Shown: positions 23,094 through 35,476 of the stretch, piece after piece
Numbering within the stretch: the first letter of the stretch is position 1
Layout: every line of letters starts with the position of its first letter
Position numbers and translations under genes: made by a program
Notes under the pieces: model-generated
Told to the model about the DNA's origin: nothing
What the model saw: the letters and a program-made list of their open reading frames with translations, nothing else
Database searches by the model: none
Assembly: GCF_011745625.1 (NCBI RefSeq)
Contig: NW_027191467.1
Span: 1 to 64,000, forward strand
DNA: 64,000 bases
From: Cladosporium halotolerans
Lineage: Eukaryota
Reading direction: 5' to 3'

Positions 23094-25448
23094 ATGGACA
23101 TGTCAGCGGCTCCCACTGCTTCCAGAGACAAGATGGAAAATAAGGCGAAGAAGACCAAGTCGCGCACGGGATGCAAGTTGTGCAAGACGAAGCGCGTACG
23201 AGTCCCTCTCCCCCACCCTCTTCACGCCCCACAAGCTCGCAGGGCTGAGCACTGACCTCACTCTGTACGACGACAGCTCAAATGCGACGAGACCAAGCCT
23301 GCTTGCAACCAATGTGTACGCAGAGGCCGTCTATGTCCCGGTTACCGCAAAGAGATCAAATGGTCTACCATTTCTACGCTTGCCGGGAAGACACGGCCTC
23401 CGGCGGATGAATCGTCTCGGCTGGCGAAGAACCAAGATGTCACCTTCGAGTTGCCTGTCGCGGAGCCTGTGCCACTACAACTGCAAGGAAATGGCTTCCA
23501 ATTCGAGCAACATGACAATCGCAATAGCGACCAAGACTATGTCTTCGACACGTCGACTGCCTCATACACTGACATGAACGATTTACTCGACAGTGTGCCG
23601 CCAGACACTGATGTTTTTGCCGCAACTTCCGGCTTGGACCAGAGGCAGGATGGCCTGGAACTCGAAGACAATGCATCGCATATATTTGGACCCGAAGCTG
23701 AATGGCCGGAGTGGTCCATGAACGCCGACATGTTCGTGCCATCCATCGATGACAACCTCAACCGACACGGAGACATATCGACAGATTTCGAGGTCGTACC
23801 TACGGATATGATCGGGTCACCTGGGAGACGATCTGAAGAGAAGGCTCTTGTTCCTTCACGCGGTGCTGGCACAGTCAGCTTCCCATCGCCGAATCCAGTG
23901 GATCTTTCAACGACCTTGGTGGAGTACTGGTTCACGCACGTTTGCTCGATGTGGTGTGCATTCGATTCCCCGCAGAACTGGTACAGAAATCTAGCCAATG
24001 ATTCATGGCATCATTCGGAGCCTGTCTATTATGCTCTGCAAGCAATGTCAGCATCGGTCCTAGTGGACAGTCTTCCTCATTTGAAACAGTCTCTGCCGAC
24101 TTTGACGGCCAAGGCGGCGCAGGCTATCCAGCGGGCAGTCGAAACCGATGCAGTCAAAGAGGGGCCCAAGTCCCTGCCCACTGATCTGCTTCTCGCTGTC
24201 ATGGGCATGGGAACTTCGATGGCATGGGCAGATCCTCGACAATTGGGTTTCTGGTTCTTGGACAAGGCTCGTGGCTTGATCAATCAGTACAGTGACCAAG
24301 GAGATCTGCTGTTGGATGAGTCTAGCAAGCAGACTCTTGACTATTTCCGTCAAGCTCTGGTATACTGGGAAATGCTGGCAAATGTCGTCACGAAAGATTA
24401 TCAGAATATCCTCAGATCACGACGGGCGAAGTTCAAGAAAAGAATCAGACGAGCAATGAGCATAGATGAAACAGGCCAGCATACCAGCAATACGCCCTCG
24501 ATCGGGCCAAAAAGGATACCTCGCTCAATTGGAGATTCAGCTCCTCATCCTTGGACAGGCATCTCTAGCGACATACAACAGACTTTTGGGCTGGTCATGG
24601 GTCTATGCCAAAATCGCTGCGTCGCTCGGAGCTCCGACTCCGACCTGACCGCAGACAGCCTCTGCGATGCTCTCTGCGATATTGAGCTCGCACGCGACCT
24701 CGAAAAAGACCTCCTCGGATTCGATTTCAGTGCCGACCAGAAACCAAGCTTCACAACCGAAACCGGCGATCCAAACGCTCCGCTCTCCCACCTCGTCGAC
24801 ACGGCCGAAGCCTATCGCCTCGCCGCGCTCCTCAACCTCTACCTTGCATTCTCAGACCTCGAAGTAAAGCTCCCTCGAGCCCTCGCAAGTCACGACACCC
24901 CCTCAGACGACGAAACCCCCACAACATCATGGACCACCGCCCCAACCAGCACCCCACGCTCCCAAGCTCTGGTCACCCTAACCCTGCACCTCATCGCCGT
25001 CCTCAAGCGCGTACCCGCCGACTCCGGCACCCGCTGCATCCAGCCCATCCTCCTCATCTCCGCCGCCGCGGGCCTCCGCTTCGACGTTCCGATCCCCCCA
25101 CAACCCCCTGCCAACCAACACCTCAACCCCATCCACGCGCACGGCACCCTCATCAACCAAGCGGCCCTACCCCTCTTCTCCTCCGCCTCTTTCCACCCTT
25201 CCGCATCTTCAAGCGCGGGAGAAATCCCCCAGCTCACAACCCTCACCCTCGACGTCTCCGCCGCGCGCCGCTTCATCGTCACGCGCCTGGGGGCCTTGCA
25301 GCAGTCTCTGCCGCCGCGGCCGATCGGCGTCGCGCTGGCGCTCGTGAGAGCCGTGTGGTTGAATTACGACGCGGCGGACGAGAGGTTGCGGGCGAGGCAT
25401 TGGATGGACACGATGGTTGGGAGTGGATTGAGGACGTTGTTTGGGTAG
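23094..25448 (+). CDS. Zn(II)2Cys6 transcription factor with fungal-specific TF (Fungal_trans_2-like) domain; intron 23196-23276
   Basis: SRTGCKLCKTKR|LKCDETKPACNQCVRRGRLCPGY; spliced frame continues into the 665-aa ORF (HPWTGIS, AEAYRLAALL). Confidence 0.92.
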
Positions 25449-25688
25449 GAGTGGAGAGAGGGGTGGACTTGGGAGGTGGGAGTCAGGATTTGGGGACCAG
25501 GATAAAGTCTTTTGGGGGGATTGGCGTTCGCGTGCTTTCGGGCGTATGAGATGATACGGTATGGTGATAAGAGGGAGGGTGCGCTGGGGATCTGAGATCG
25601 AACATTTCTTTTTTTTTCACGCCAGGGAAGCGAGACACACGATTCCCGGAGGCTATGTCCTCTCCTACCGAGACGGCGAACCTACCGC

Positions 25689-25732
25689 GTTCAGTAGAAG
25701 TGATTGTACAGTTCAGTAGAAGTGATTGTACA
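25689..25732. repeat. Perfect 22-bp tandem duplication (GTTCAGTAGAAGTGATTGTACA x2)
   Basis: Direct reading; lies between two convergent genes. Confidence 0.9.
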
Positions 25733-26189
25733 TTCGAGCACCTAACGACATGCATGCATGACATGATCCTCTCCCACACACCTTCCTTCTCCCCTTACAA
25801 TCAAACACACTCCCTCAAGATGAATTTCTCGTGTACGTCTCCATCCTAGCATAACCACCATGCGGTGTCGTATTGTATTGTACAGCCTTGACGGCAAAAA
25901 ATCAAACAACGCAGCAGAAAGCAAATCGATCGGATACCAAAAAGCATGTAAAACCAGACTCTCACTCTCACTCACTGTCTCTCTGCCTTTCTTTCAACAC
26001 ACAGAACCGAAAGCCGCAAAACCAAAAAGCATGCACTTTTAAGAGTTCTCCTTCCGCAATCGCATCACATCAGGACATCCTCCAACGTGTGTACTCAGAC
26101 TTTCCTCACTTGCTCTCTCTCGTTGAGCAAGCGACTCCTCCATATTGCCATGTCCTCCAGTCGAGGCAGCCAGCACGGTCGCAATCCCT

Positions 26190-29100
26190 CTACATCATGC
26201 CCTCCTGCCCCGCGTCCTCAACCTCCATGCCCCCAGCCCCCATCTGCTGCTGCGCCGCCGGCCCCGCGCCCGCGCCCGCGTTCGCATACTTGACGTACGA
26301 CAGGCCGAGCGGGCGGTTGCCGTACATGTACTGCTGGAACTTCTGGATGGCGGTGGCGGCGTCGTCCTGGGCGGCGAACTCGACGACGCCGGTGCCGCGC
26401 GAGCGGCCGTTGGGCTCGTACTGGATCTCGGCGCGCTCGACCTTGCCGATGGTCGTGAAGAGCTCGACCAGGTCGTCGTTGGAGGTGCTCCAGGGGAGGT
26501 TGCGCACGTAGATCGTCGGGCTGGGGTCCATGCCGGAGGTGGCGAAGTCGGTGAAGGGGTTGGGGGCCGCCGCGGGAGCGGTGGGCGCGCCGCCGTAGCC
26601 TCCTGCGCCGCCGGCGGCAGGGCCGGCGCCGTAGCCACCGCCGCCACCGTAGCCTCCGCGCCCGTAGCCGCCTGCGAAGCCGCCGCGGCCGCCGAAGCCA
26701 GGCCCGCCGCCGAAACCGGGTCCGCCGCCGTAGCCTCCACGGCCACCGAAACCGCCGCCGAAACCGCCGCGGCCGCCGAAGCCTCCGCGGCCGCCGAAGC
26801 CGCCGGGGCCGGCGAAGCGGTCCTCGCGGACTTCGAGCTGGCGGCCGGACCAGTCGTAGCCGTTGAATTGCTGGATGGCGTTCTGGGCGTCTTCGGGGGT
26901 CTCGAAGGCGACGACGCCGGAGCCCTTGGGCGTGCCGTCGGGGGCCATGTGGACGTCGGCGCGGATGACGGAGCCTGTAGGTGGTGGGGTTAGTTGTGTT
27001 CGGTGAGAGGCGGTATGTGAGGTGCGATGGGGATACTCACCACCTTGGCGGAAGAGATCCTTGAGGTCTTGCCAGCCGACGTTGTACGGGAGCTGGAGGG
27101 GATGTCAGCTTGCGTTTCCATGAAGTGGAAGATTGAGCACTCACGTTGGAGACGAAGATCTGGGAGCGACCACCCATGGGTCCACCACCATATCCACCGC
27201 CAAAACCACCACGGCCACCAAAGCCAGGGCCGAATCCACCACCGAAACCACCACGGGGTCCGCCCATGCCACCACCACGGCCACCGCCAGCGTTGAAGCG
27301 GGGCTCGGTCTCGCGGTCCTGTGGAGAAAGTCAGCCTCGCTCAGGTTCGAAGTCAAGAAGATCATCAACATACCTCGCGAACGTAGATGAGGCGACCCAT
27401 GAGGTTCCTGTTGCTCATGATGTTGATCGCGTTCTGGGCCTCCTCCTTCGTGGAGTACTCAACAATGCCACATCCCTGTCATCCAAGCAAAACCCTAGTG
27501 TCAACCAAATGTCCTGATTCCCAAAAAGCGACGTGCGTGCAAAGCAGATGATGATGATGATGATGATGATGTGAAGAGGGAAGCGCCAGATAACCCAGCC
27601 TGAATCTTGCTAACCTTGCTCATTCCATTCGGCAGTTCGAGGACGTCGGCGAAGAGGACGTTGCCGGCTGTTGTGAAGTGCATCAGTGAATCTTCTATTG
27701 TTGCGAGGGTGACTCGAGTGCAAACGTACCCTCACGCATGTGATCTTTGAGGTGATGCCACTTGACATCGTAAGAGAGGTTGCCGACGTAGACACGGCGG
27801 TCTTGCTGGGAATTCTGACGGTCGTCCATTGGGGGTCCGTCGGGTTGGTGGCTGCGGGAAGGTCTGCGGTCGCCGTAGCCGTTGGCGGGTGAGCGCTCGT
27901 CACGGTAGTTGTTGCGACGCTCGCGAGAAGGAGAGCGCGAACGACGGTTGTTGTAGTCGGGCTGTAGGGTGAATGGTCAGTGTTTGTTATCTATGAATGA
28001 AAGTGACTGCATGTATCCAGCAAGCGTCGTCCAGGTTCCAGCCGTGGGTTTATGACTCAATAAAGCCGCTTTGTGCCGAACAAGAGTCTCAGAGCATGTG
28101 AACAAGACAGTGAAGTCAGACGGTGCGACTGGCAACTCTGACTGAAGAATGGTATGCAAGCGCCGCGGTTCGCATAGCGAGTGCCTGGCTGAAGCTTCGG
28201 AATCGAGTGGCAGGCGGTTCAAGAAAGCCAGACGGTGTGAGACTGGTCTGGCAACTCTGACTGAAGGATGGCATGCAAGCGCCGCGGTTCGCATAGCGAG
28301 TGCGCAGCTGAAGCATCTGAATCGAGTGGCAGTCGATTCAAGAAAGCCAAAGGCCGCAATTCTGCGACTGTAGATCACTTCTTCTTGATCGATGCTGATC
28401 AACGGCAGATGCACGAAGTGCGAATCTCGTAGATGCGCGGTGGTTAAGGACGGCACAAACGCCATCCAAGCTCGAGGGCTTGACTTTTAAGAAAGAGCGC
28501 GCAGCCTGATATGATCGCAGGCTGCGCATTTTTGGATATGCAACTGAACTTGCCCAAGTATTCTTTGGGTGATTGAATGGTCTTTTGAGGTGCTATGGCT
28601 AGCCCGTCTGATTCTTCCAAGACAGTCCGCCATCGCTAACCAGGATCCGCTCGACCATTGCTCCAGTGCCAGACTCAAGTGCTGCCATCGTCCTTGCGCC
28701 TCTCTGATGCCGACGATATATAGAGCTATGGGCCTTGATGCTGCCTTCAAACCGATATCCGCCCGATATCCAGCGCCAGTAGCCGCCACACCCGGAGACT
28801 CTTGTTCGAAGCCATGTCCGACACTTCCAGCAGAGGTTGAATTCTTGTAAGGGTGTTTGTTCTTGAAGTCGTAGGCTGTTTGAAGCCACTGAAGATGGCG
28901 AATGATAGGACGTGACCGGTCGGTGTTTATGATGGTTTGATGTTGATAAGGCTGAGCGCTCCGATGCCGTTCAGGCTTTCAGCCGATGAGTGACAGGACC
29001 AACAGTTTATGATGGCCTCTCGAGCAAGGAGAGCCTACAGGCTCTTGAAATGGTGCCAGCTGGGGAACAGGCGGTGGCATGGAGGCTGTGCACACGCCCG

Positions 29101-29736
29101 TGGTGAGCAATATGCGTCATCACGAGCCGCATGGCCATGGTTTGTATACTACCATCTCAACCGACGCCATCTCTCGATGTCTTGGTATGGGATCATTCGA
29201 GCTGACGAGCGTGCCAAAGGAGGACGACGTCACCGGCGTCAGCTGTTCAGCTGAGTGGACTAGGTCCAACGACGACCGGTGCGCCTCGAGTGTCTTGCTC
29301 TATTGCTCACACGCGGCTCTGCCAGCCAGTGCTGAGTGTTCTTTGTATCGTGTTGTACTTGTATCATGACGAGGGCAGTGGAGTGGCTTCGATGCGGTGG
29401 CTGGCGGTAGGATGGCGCGCACAGAGCCGGTGATTGATGTCCAGTATCCAGACAGGCGCTCTCATGGTGGGCGGACAGAGGACGTCACGGATGACGGATG
29501 GGAAGGCGAGATACATACGCTGCGAGAACGGCGATAGCTGTCGTCGGCTGAGAGGGTGTAAGCGGTGGACGACGAAAGGTGTATGTATGGGTGGGTCAAA
29601 GTCAAGCGCGCGCGCGAGGAGCAAGTGAAGAGCAGAGCAGGGCAGGGCTGCTCGGAGTGAAGTGTGCAGTGTCGGCGCGAGCTTGGCGAGGATGACGAGG
29701 GACAGAGGCAGAGAGAGGAGACGCGCACTTACCCAT
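26190..29736 (-). CDS. GBP2: SR-like three-RRM, RGG-rich mRNA-binding protein (Gbp2/Hrb1/SnxA family); coding exons 29736-29733, 29547-29519, 27961-27730, 27667-27615, 27475-27374, 27318-27145, 27092-27041, 26974-26190
   Basis: Manual splicing gives [27 protein letters not shown]...[23 protein letters not shown]...SKGCGIVEY...[21 protein letters not shown]...[19 protein letters not shown]; all seven introns GT..AG with consistent phases; the two 5' micro-exons are less certain than the core. Confidence 0.88.
27547..27570. repeat. (GAT)8 microsatellite inside an intron of the GBP2-like gene
   Basis: Direct reading. Confidence 0.9.
28117..28349. repeat. Tandem duplication of a ~119-nt unit inside the long intron of the GBP2-like gene
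   Basis: ctggcaactctgactgaag...atgcaagcgccgcggttcgcatagcgagtgc...gaatcgagtggcag...ttcaagaaagcca occurs at 28129 and again at 28248. Confidence 0.9.
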
Positions 29737-32190
29737 TGTGAGTCGCGGTCAGGCAGGCGCGGAGGTTGTGTGCGGTGGGTGGGATTGGGGTCGGGCTCAG
29801 GCTCAGGCTGGCTCAGCTGTCTGGACGGACGGGCGACGGGCGACAGGCGACGGGCTCGGGCGGCGTGCGAGGTGGGACAAGGATGGAGTCGGGCCTAGCG
29901 CATGCGTGAGTTTGGGCGGGCAGCGGTGTTGGGTGAGCGACTAGGAGACTCGGGAGTGCCGGGGCTGGCTGGCGCGAGGGTGGGAGAGCGGGAGAGCTGG
30001 AGAGCTGGAGCTGCCTCAGCTGCGCGCTGCGGGCGGCAGAGGCGAATGAACAGCGGCCACCGCACATGCTCACGCTCGCCCAGGCGGAGGCACGCCCTCG
30101 CACCGCGCGCATGCCCACACCGGGGCACACCTCACACCTCCCCACCGCGCGCCTCGTGCGACTCATGCCGCGAGTGCCGAGTGGCCGTGACGACGACGTG
30201 AGAGCTGCTGCGCCCGGCCCGCGCACACGCAATGCACGCCCTCCTCCAGTCTGGCCCACTGCGTCTGCCCTGCGCGTCGCCGAGAAAGGGATCCTGCTGA
30301 GGGGGGGAATGGACTTACGGCTGACACGTGCGACGGGATGGCCGGGTAATTGTGCGCCGGGTGGAGGCCTTGTTGATTGCGGATATGGAGGTGTTGATGT
30401 TCTGGCTATCTGTCAAACGCGCGCGAGCACGCCCGCAAAGTTCGGTAGCGCCGCGGGAGATGGCTGAGGATGCCCGCGAGCTTGCGGCGGGAGATCGATC
30501 TGGACGTGTGTTTTGCTTTGGAAGCTGATCATTGCTGTTGTCCTCTCTGAAGCATTACCATGACTAGGGATAATTTCCAGCTCGACGACGAAACTCGTCT
30601 CAAAGCTACTCAGGCGACGTACCCTTACACTCCCACTTACCCAACCGCGCAAGCCGCCATCCCATGCAACTAAACCCACCAACTCCCCGTCCTCTCAAAA
30701 CAATCAAAAGCATGTGAAGCGATAAGCAGTCTCCACCTGCAAGCCATCCTGCACGCCACACATCCAAGGAACGGCCAGGGTACCTCGCGCTGCTCAAACA
30801 TGTACTTGCGTCGGGATGCCGTAATCGCTCTCTGGCGCATGAGCCAGCGATCGCCCACGCCCCCACACCATCACGGTACTCGTTGAAAGCCTAGCACTTG
30901 TCGTGTCTCTGACACATGGTACCTGACCTGAATGGTTTGTCGCGCTATGTCTTCGTGTTGAATGTGAAAATTGTCAGAAGGACCTTGATGTTATCCAGGT
31001 CTAGGGGGAGACACGGGCTTGGTTCGGGCGTCGATCAACCTGTCGTCTCTTGCCTTCATATACCTCCACATTCAACTCATGAAACGAACAGTGTCATTTC
31101 GCGAGCGAGATAGCAGACACCACGACCTTCTGATACAATAGTGATAATCAACGTTGATATGCACATGAGAGAGACACTTTCATTTTCGACCTCGATTCCC
31201 GATTCTTTTCCTCCACAACAGAATGTCTCGATGAATCGAATATTCCACTGCTCGTTTTCGTTCGACAAACGTAAAGAGCTTTTGGCTGGATACAGTTGCT
31301 CCCGAATGACCATTCATTGCTTTCGTAGACAGGAATCCATTTCTCATCGCTCTGGTTGTGTCATCGACATATTTACAGCTGTTCCCATCGTGATGCTCGT
31401 GGCCCTTCACATGTAGTCGGCTGCGAAGACACACACGTTGTCTTTCAACTTTTCCTCACGCTGACCTAGAAGACAACCGCTTTGCAGATGTCCATCCGCC
31501 ATGACATTATCCGTGAATATATCTTCTGTGTTTGGCCGCAAGAAGCCGCGAGCTGTTTGGAAGAGTTCCATTCTATGTCGGAGGCAACTGAAAATGGGGC
31601 AGAAGCGAAAAACGAACGCCACTACCCAGATCAACAAAGTGCTCGAAAATAGGTATCGTCAGGCAAAATCGTGCTCGACCACTCCGATTGCAAGCTCAAT
31701 GTCGTGTTTGCTTGGACGTCTATTCCCCATCGTCGTACATATCCAGTTGTACACAAGGAGGCCATGTGACCAAGCTGGTTAGGAGCAAATACGCTGCTGA
31801 CTTGACCACATGCCTTCACACATCAACAGAGGGTAGCAAAGGAACAGATTGCTTCTGATGCGAAACTCAATCATGAGAAGAAATTCCGTAACTCATTTAC
31901 TTCACGGTAAGACCAAAATGTCGATGTTCTGGCTCTGTGTCTGCTTCTCACATGCCTGGAGATGCGGCTCTGCGGGCCCGAACCGAGCGCCTGGCGTCAT
32001 GCAGCAGCAACCGCCTCCGGGCGATCAACTGCGACTTCCGACACCAGCTGCGGCCGTGACAGCATCACCACAGCCAAACACCACCATCAACCACACCAAC
32101 CCACCATCCAACCAATCTGCAACCTCAAACCCCATCTCCTCCGACAAACCCACGAACAACCAGCAAACGAACCCACCCAAACCCCCAACC

Positions 32191-33108
32191 ATGGCCGAAA
32201 AAGACCTCAAATCCCTCCTCCAACAACTCCAAGCCCTCAAACCCGCCACCCTCTCCACGGCGCCCCAGCTCCTCTCGCGCGCCAAACTTGCCCTCCTGCA
32301 CCTCAACGCCCTGATCCCCACGCCGCAAACCAGCGCCGAGCACCTCGCCCTCGCGCGCGAAACCCTCGAGCTCGGCGCCTTCCTCAGCATCCGCGCGCGC
32401 GACACCGACGCCTTCACGCGCTACTACCAGCAGCTGCAGCCCTTCTACGCGCTGCCCTCGTCGTCGCCGTCGCGGAAGCAGGGCCACGAGAGCAAAGTCA
32501 CGGGCCTGTACCTGCTGCTGCTGCTGAGCACGGGCGACTACGCGGGCTTCCACACGGTGCTGGAGGGGCTGGAGAGCAGCGAGGAGGGCAAGGAGGCGGT
32601 GGAGCGGGACGAGTTCGTGCGGTATCCGGTGCGGCTGGAGCAGGCGCTGATGGAGGGGAGCTACGATAAGGTTTGGGGCGAGATGAAGGGGGAGAGGGTG
32701 CCGAGCGAGGAGTTTGCGATTTTCTCCGAGGTGAGTTGATGGGTTCCCCGGTGTTGTCGTCGTCTTGCTATGAGAGGACGATGGCGTTTGGAGGAGAGTT
32801 GCAGAATGCTGACGAAACAACACAAACAGGTCCTGATCAACACGATCCGCTCGGAAATCGCCTCGTGCTCCGAGCGCGCGTACCCCTCGCTGCCGATCGC
32901 GAACGCGAAGAACCTGCTCTTCCTCGACTCCGAGGGCGCCGTCGTGCAGTTTGCGCAGGCCCGCGGCTGGCTCGCCAAGGACGGCCGCATCTACTTCCCG
33001 CAGCAGGAGGAGGAGGCGCAGGCGGCCGAGAAGGACGTCATGAGCGCCAGCGGGAGCGTGATCGAGAACACGTTGGGCTACGCTAGGAAGCTGGAGACGA
33101 TTGTATGA
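32191..33108 (+). CDS. RPN12: 26S proteasome lid subunit Rpn12 (PCI/CSN8-PSD8 domain); intron 32731-32829
   Basis: LARETLELGAFLSIR, FTRYYQQLQPFY, GLYLLLLLS, YPVRLEQALMEGSYDKVW, TIRSEIASCSERAY, C-terminal YARKLETIV. Confidence 0.95.
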
Positions 33109-33741
33109 GCTTGCACGGCGTTGGGGAGGGCGATGGTCTCGCTGTGGTGCGTGTATAGATAATGGAAAAGCGAAGACTTGATGATGTGAGGCTACGAAGC
33201 TGAGAGGGTCTCATTGTGCATTCATCATCCGTTGATGTGTTTTGAGCGAGTTGTGCATGGGTTCATACCATCCAGTTCTCGTCATGAGCATTGCACTCGC
33301 CGCCGCTCCTCCACATGTAGTGGGTGAACATATCGGTTGGCAGTGTATAGGGAACTTGCAGCTAACATCGGCTCCTCAAGCAACCGGGCTTTCAGGAAAG
33401 CTGGGTCTCCGTACCATTGATAGAGGTATTACACGCAATAGCTATCACAGCTTTCCTCACGACATTTGCTTTGTCCAAGACACCAAATGGCCAGTTGGGC
33501 AGTTCATCTGCGCTTCTAGTCGGGAGTTTCCCATCCGAGCATACGAACACTGTCCACTTTGCAGAAAACAGAACCAGACGGAGGAAATATATGCACATCA
33601 AGTTCACACTGCGGTGTTACATTATCAATCTCGATTCTTCAACACAACATTCTTGAACGGAGAAGAGATTCCGGCTGTCAAGTAGATGGCATACGCAGTA
33701 TCTAATTAAAGTTCCCACGCAAGCTCTTGATTGTCAATGGT

Positions 33742-34322
<581 letters not shown>

Positions 34323-35249
34323 GTTCCTGGGCAACCTGCCGTCCTTGGGCTCGAGTTGCAGATGCTTGACCAGAAGAAAGATATGAGCGCTGGCGCGCAG
34401 ACTTTCGATTTCATGGTGGGCGGCTTGGCATCGCGGCAGCGCAGCGGCCCGACGGCCGCACCCGCGGCTGACGCCCAAAGCAACCCCGGCCCAAAATGGG
34501 CAGCGCAAACAGGCTGGACTTGCAAGTTTGAGGATGGGCTAGCATCGGACTCCGTTTGATCCAACGGTTCTATCGCATGTTTGTCGTCACGTCAGAGTTC
34601 GCAATGCGCCTCATTGCGGTGAGGTGGCGCAGTACCCAAAGTTTCGTTGTCGCGTCGTCGCGCGTTTGCCACCAAGTCCACGCGCAATGCCCTCGCAACC
34701 GCGCCGCTTGCGACGATGAGATGCCGTTTGTGCGGTGAAGTGGCATAACAGAGACAGCGCGCTGCTAGTATCAGACGTCCAGACTACCAACATAGGATCG
34801 CCGGCCAAACGTCTTAGACCTTGTCTCGAGCGTTGCTCCCGCAGTAGCGTGCGCAGTGCACGCGGGCCGAGTCGTCATTCCCCATAGCAACCCAGCTACG
34901 CACGGTAGCAACCAAAGTTCACCTCTGTTGATATACCCACGCCAGCACCCGCCTGCTCGGTCTAGCTTCACTCTCGCATACCTCACCTCACCTCAACTCA
35001 ACTACACGAAAAGTACCCTCGAGTACATCGCGCACCTCTCCACCGGAGAGCCCACACTTCGCTGTACATAAACCCCACGAGAAACCAGGCGGCTTCGCAG
35101 GCCATCTAACCAACAACCGACCGCTCAACACAAAAGGCCCGCGGGCCGTCTGGAATAGACCACAGTTTCGACAAACGTCGTCGCGACTGGGACATCTACT
35201 AGGATAACGACCGCGCCCGGCGGCTGCGGCCTTGCTTGTACTGCGTGAG

Positions 35250-35367
35250 GTGAGTTGTCGGCTTTGCGCGCGCGCGAGTGGTCGCATTGTCGCATGCGAT
35301 CGCATCGCCCATGCGCTCGTGTAACGGCGGGGTTGCGCACGTTCACCCATTGCTGACTTCACTCCAG
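35250..35367 (+). other. Probable 5'-UTR intron of the Ace2/Swi5-like gene
   Basis: GAG|GTGAGT donor, TGCTGAC branch point, CTCCAG acceptor, ending 110 nt upstream of ATG 35477; contains two upstream ATGs. Confidence 0.6.
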
Positions 35368-35476
35368 TACCGGAAACCAAAGGAGCCATTCGCTTGGACT
35401 TCTCGACATCGACGCCAACTAATCCCGGACTCAAATCTTTGCACCCGACGAACGATACGCGCCTTCGTTCGCAAAA

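Noticed and set aside
28135..28230. Hammerhead-like core words CTGAAGA ... GAAA in the duplicated intronic element
   Set aside because: On the antisense strand, absent from the second copy (CTGAAGG), and no convincing stems I-III.
28970..29130. Possible intronic box C/D snoRNA on the minus strand (GTGATGA at 29123-29117, CTGA near 28980, flanking GGCT/AGCC)
   Set aside because: Terminal stem is out of register for a K-turn, and I could not match a guide to rRNA from memory; a snoscan/Rfam run would be needed.
30200..32190. Short ORFs between the GBP2-like gene and RPN12, and the long N-terminal extension of ORF 31849
   Set aside because: No recognisable protein; RPN12 similarity starts at ATG 32191 in good context.
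34665..34673. Perfect yeast PACE/Rpn4 site (GGTGGCAAA, minus strand) upstream of ubiquitin-RPS31
   Set aside because: Not present at RPN12 where it would be expected; the same 9-mer occurs inside the kinesin CDS (42001); chance is likely.
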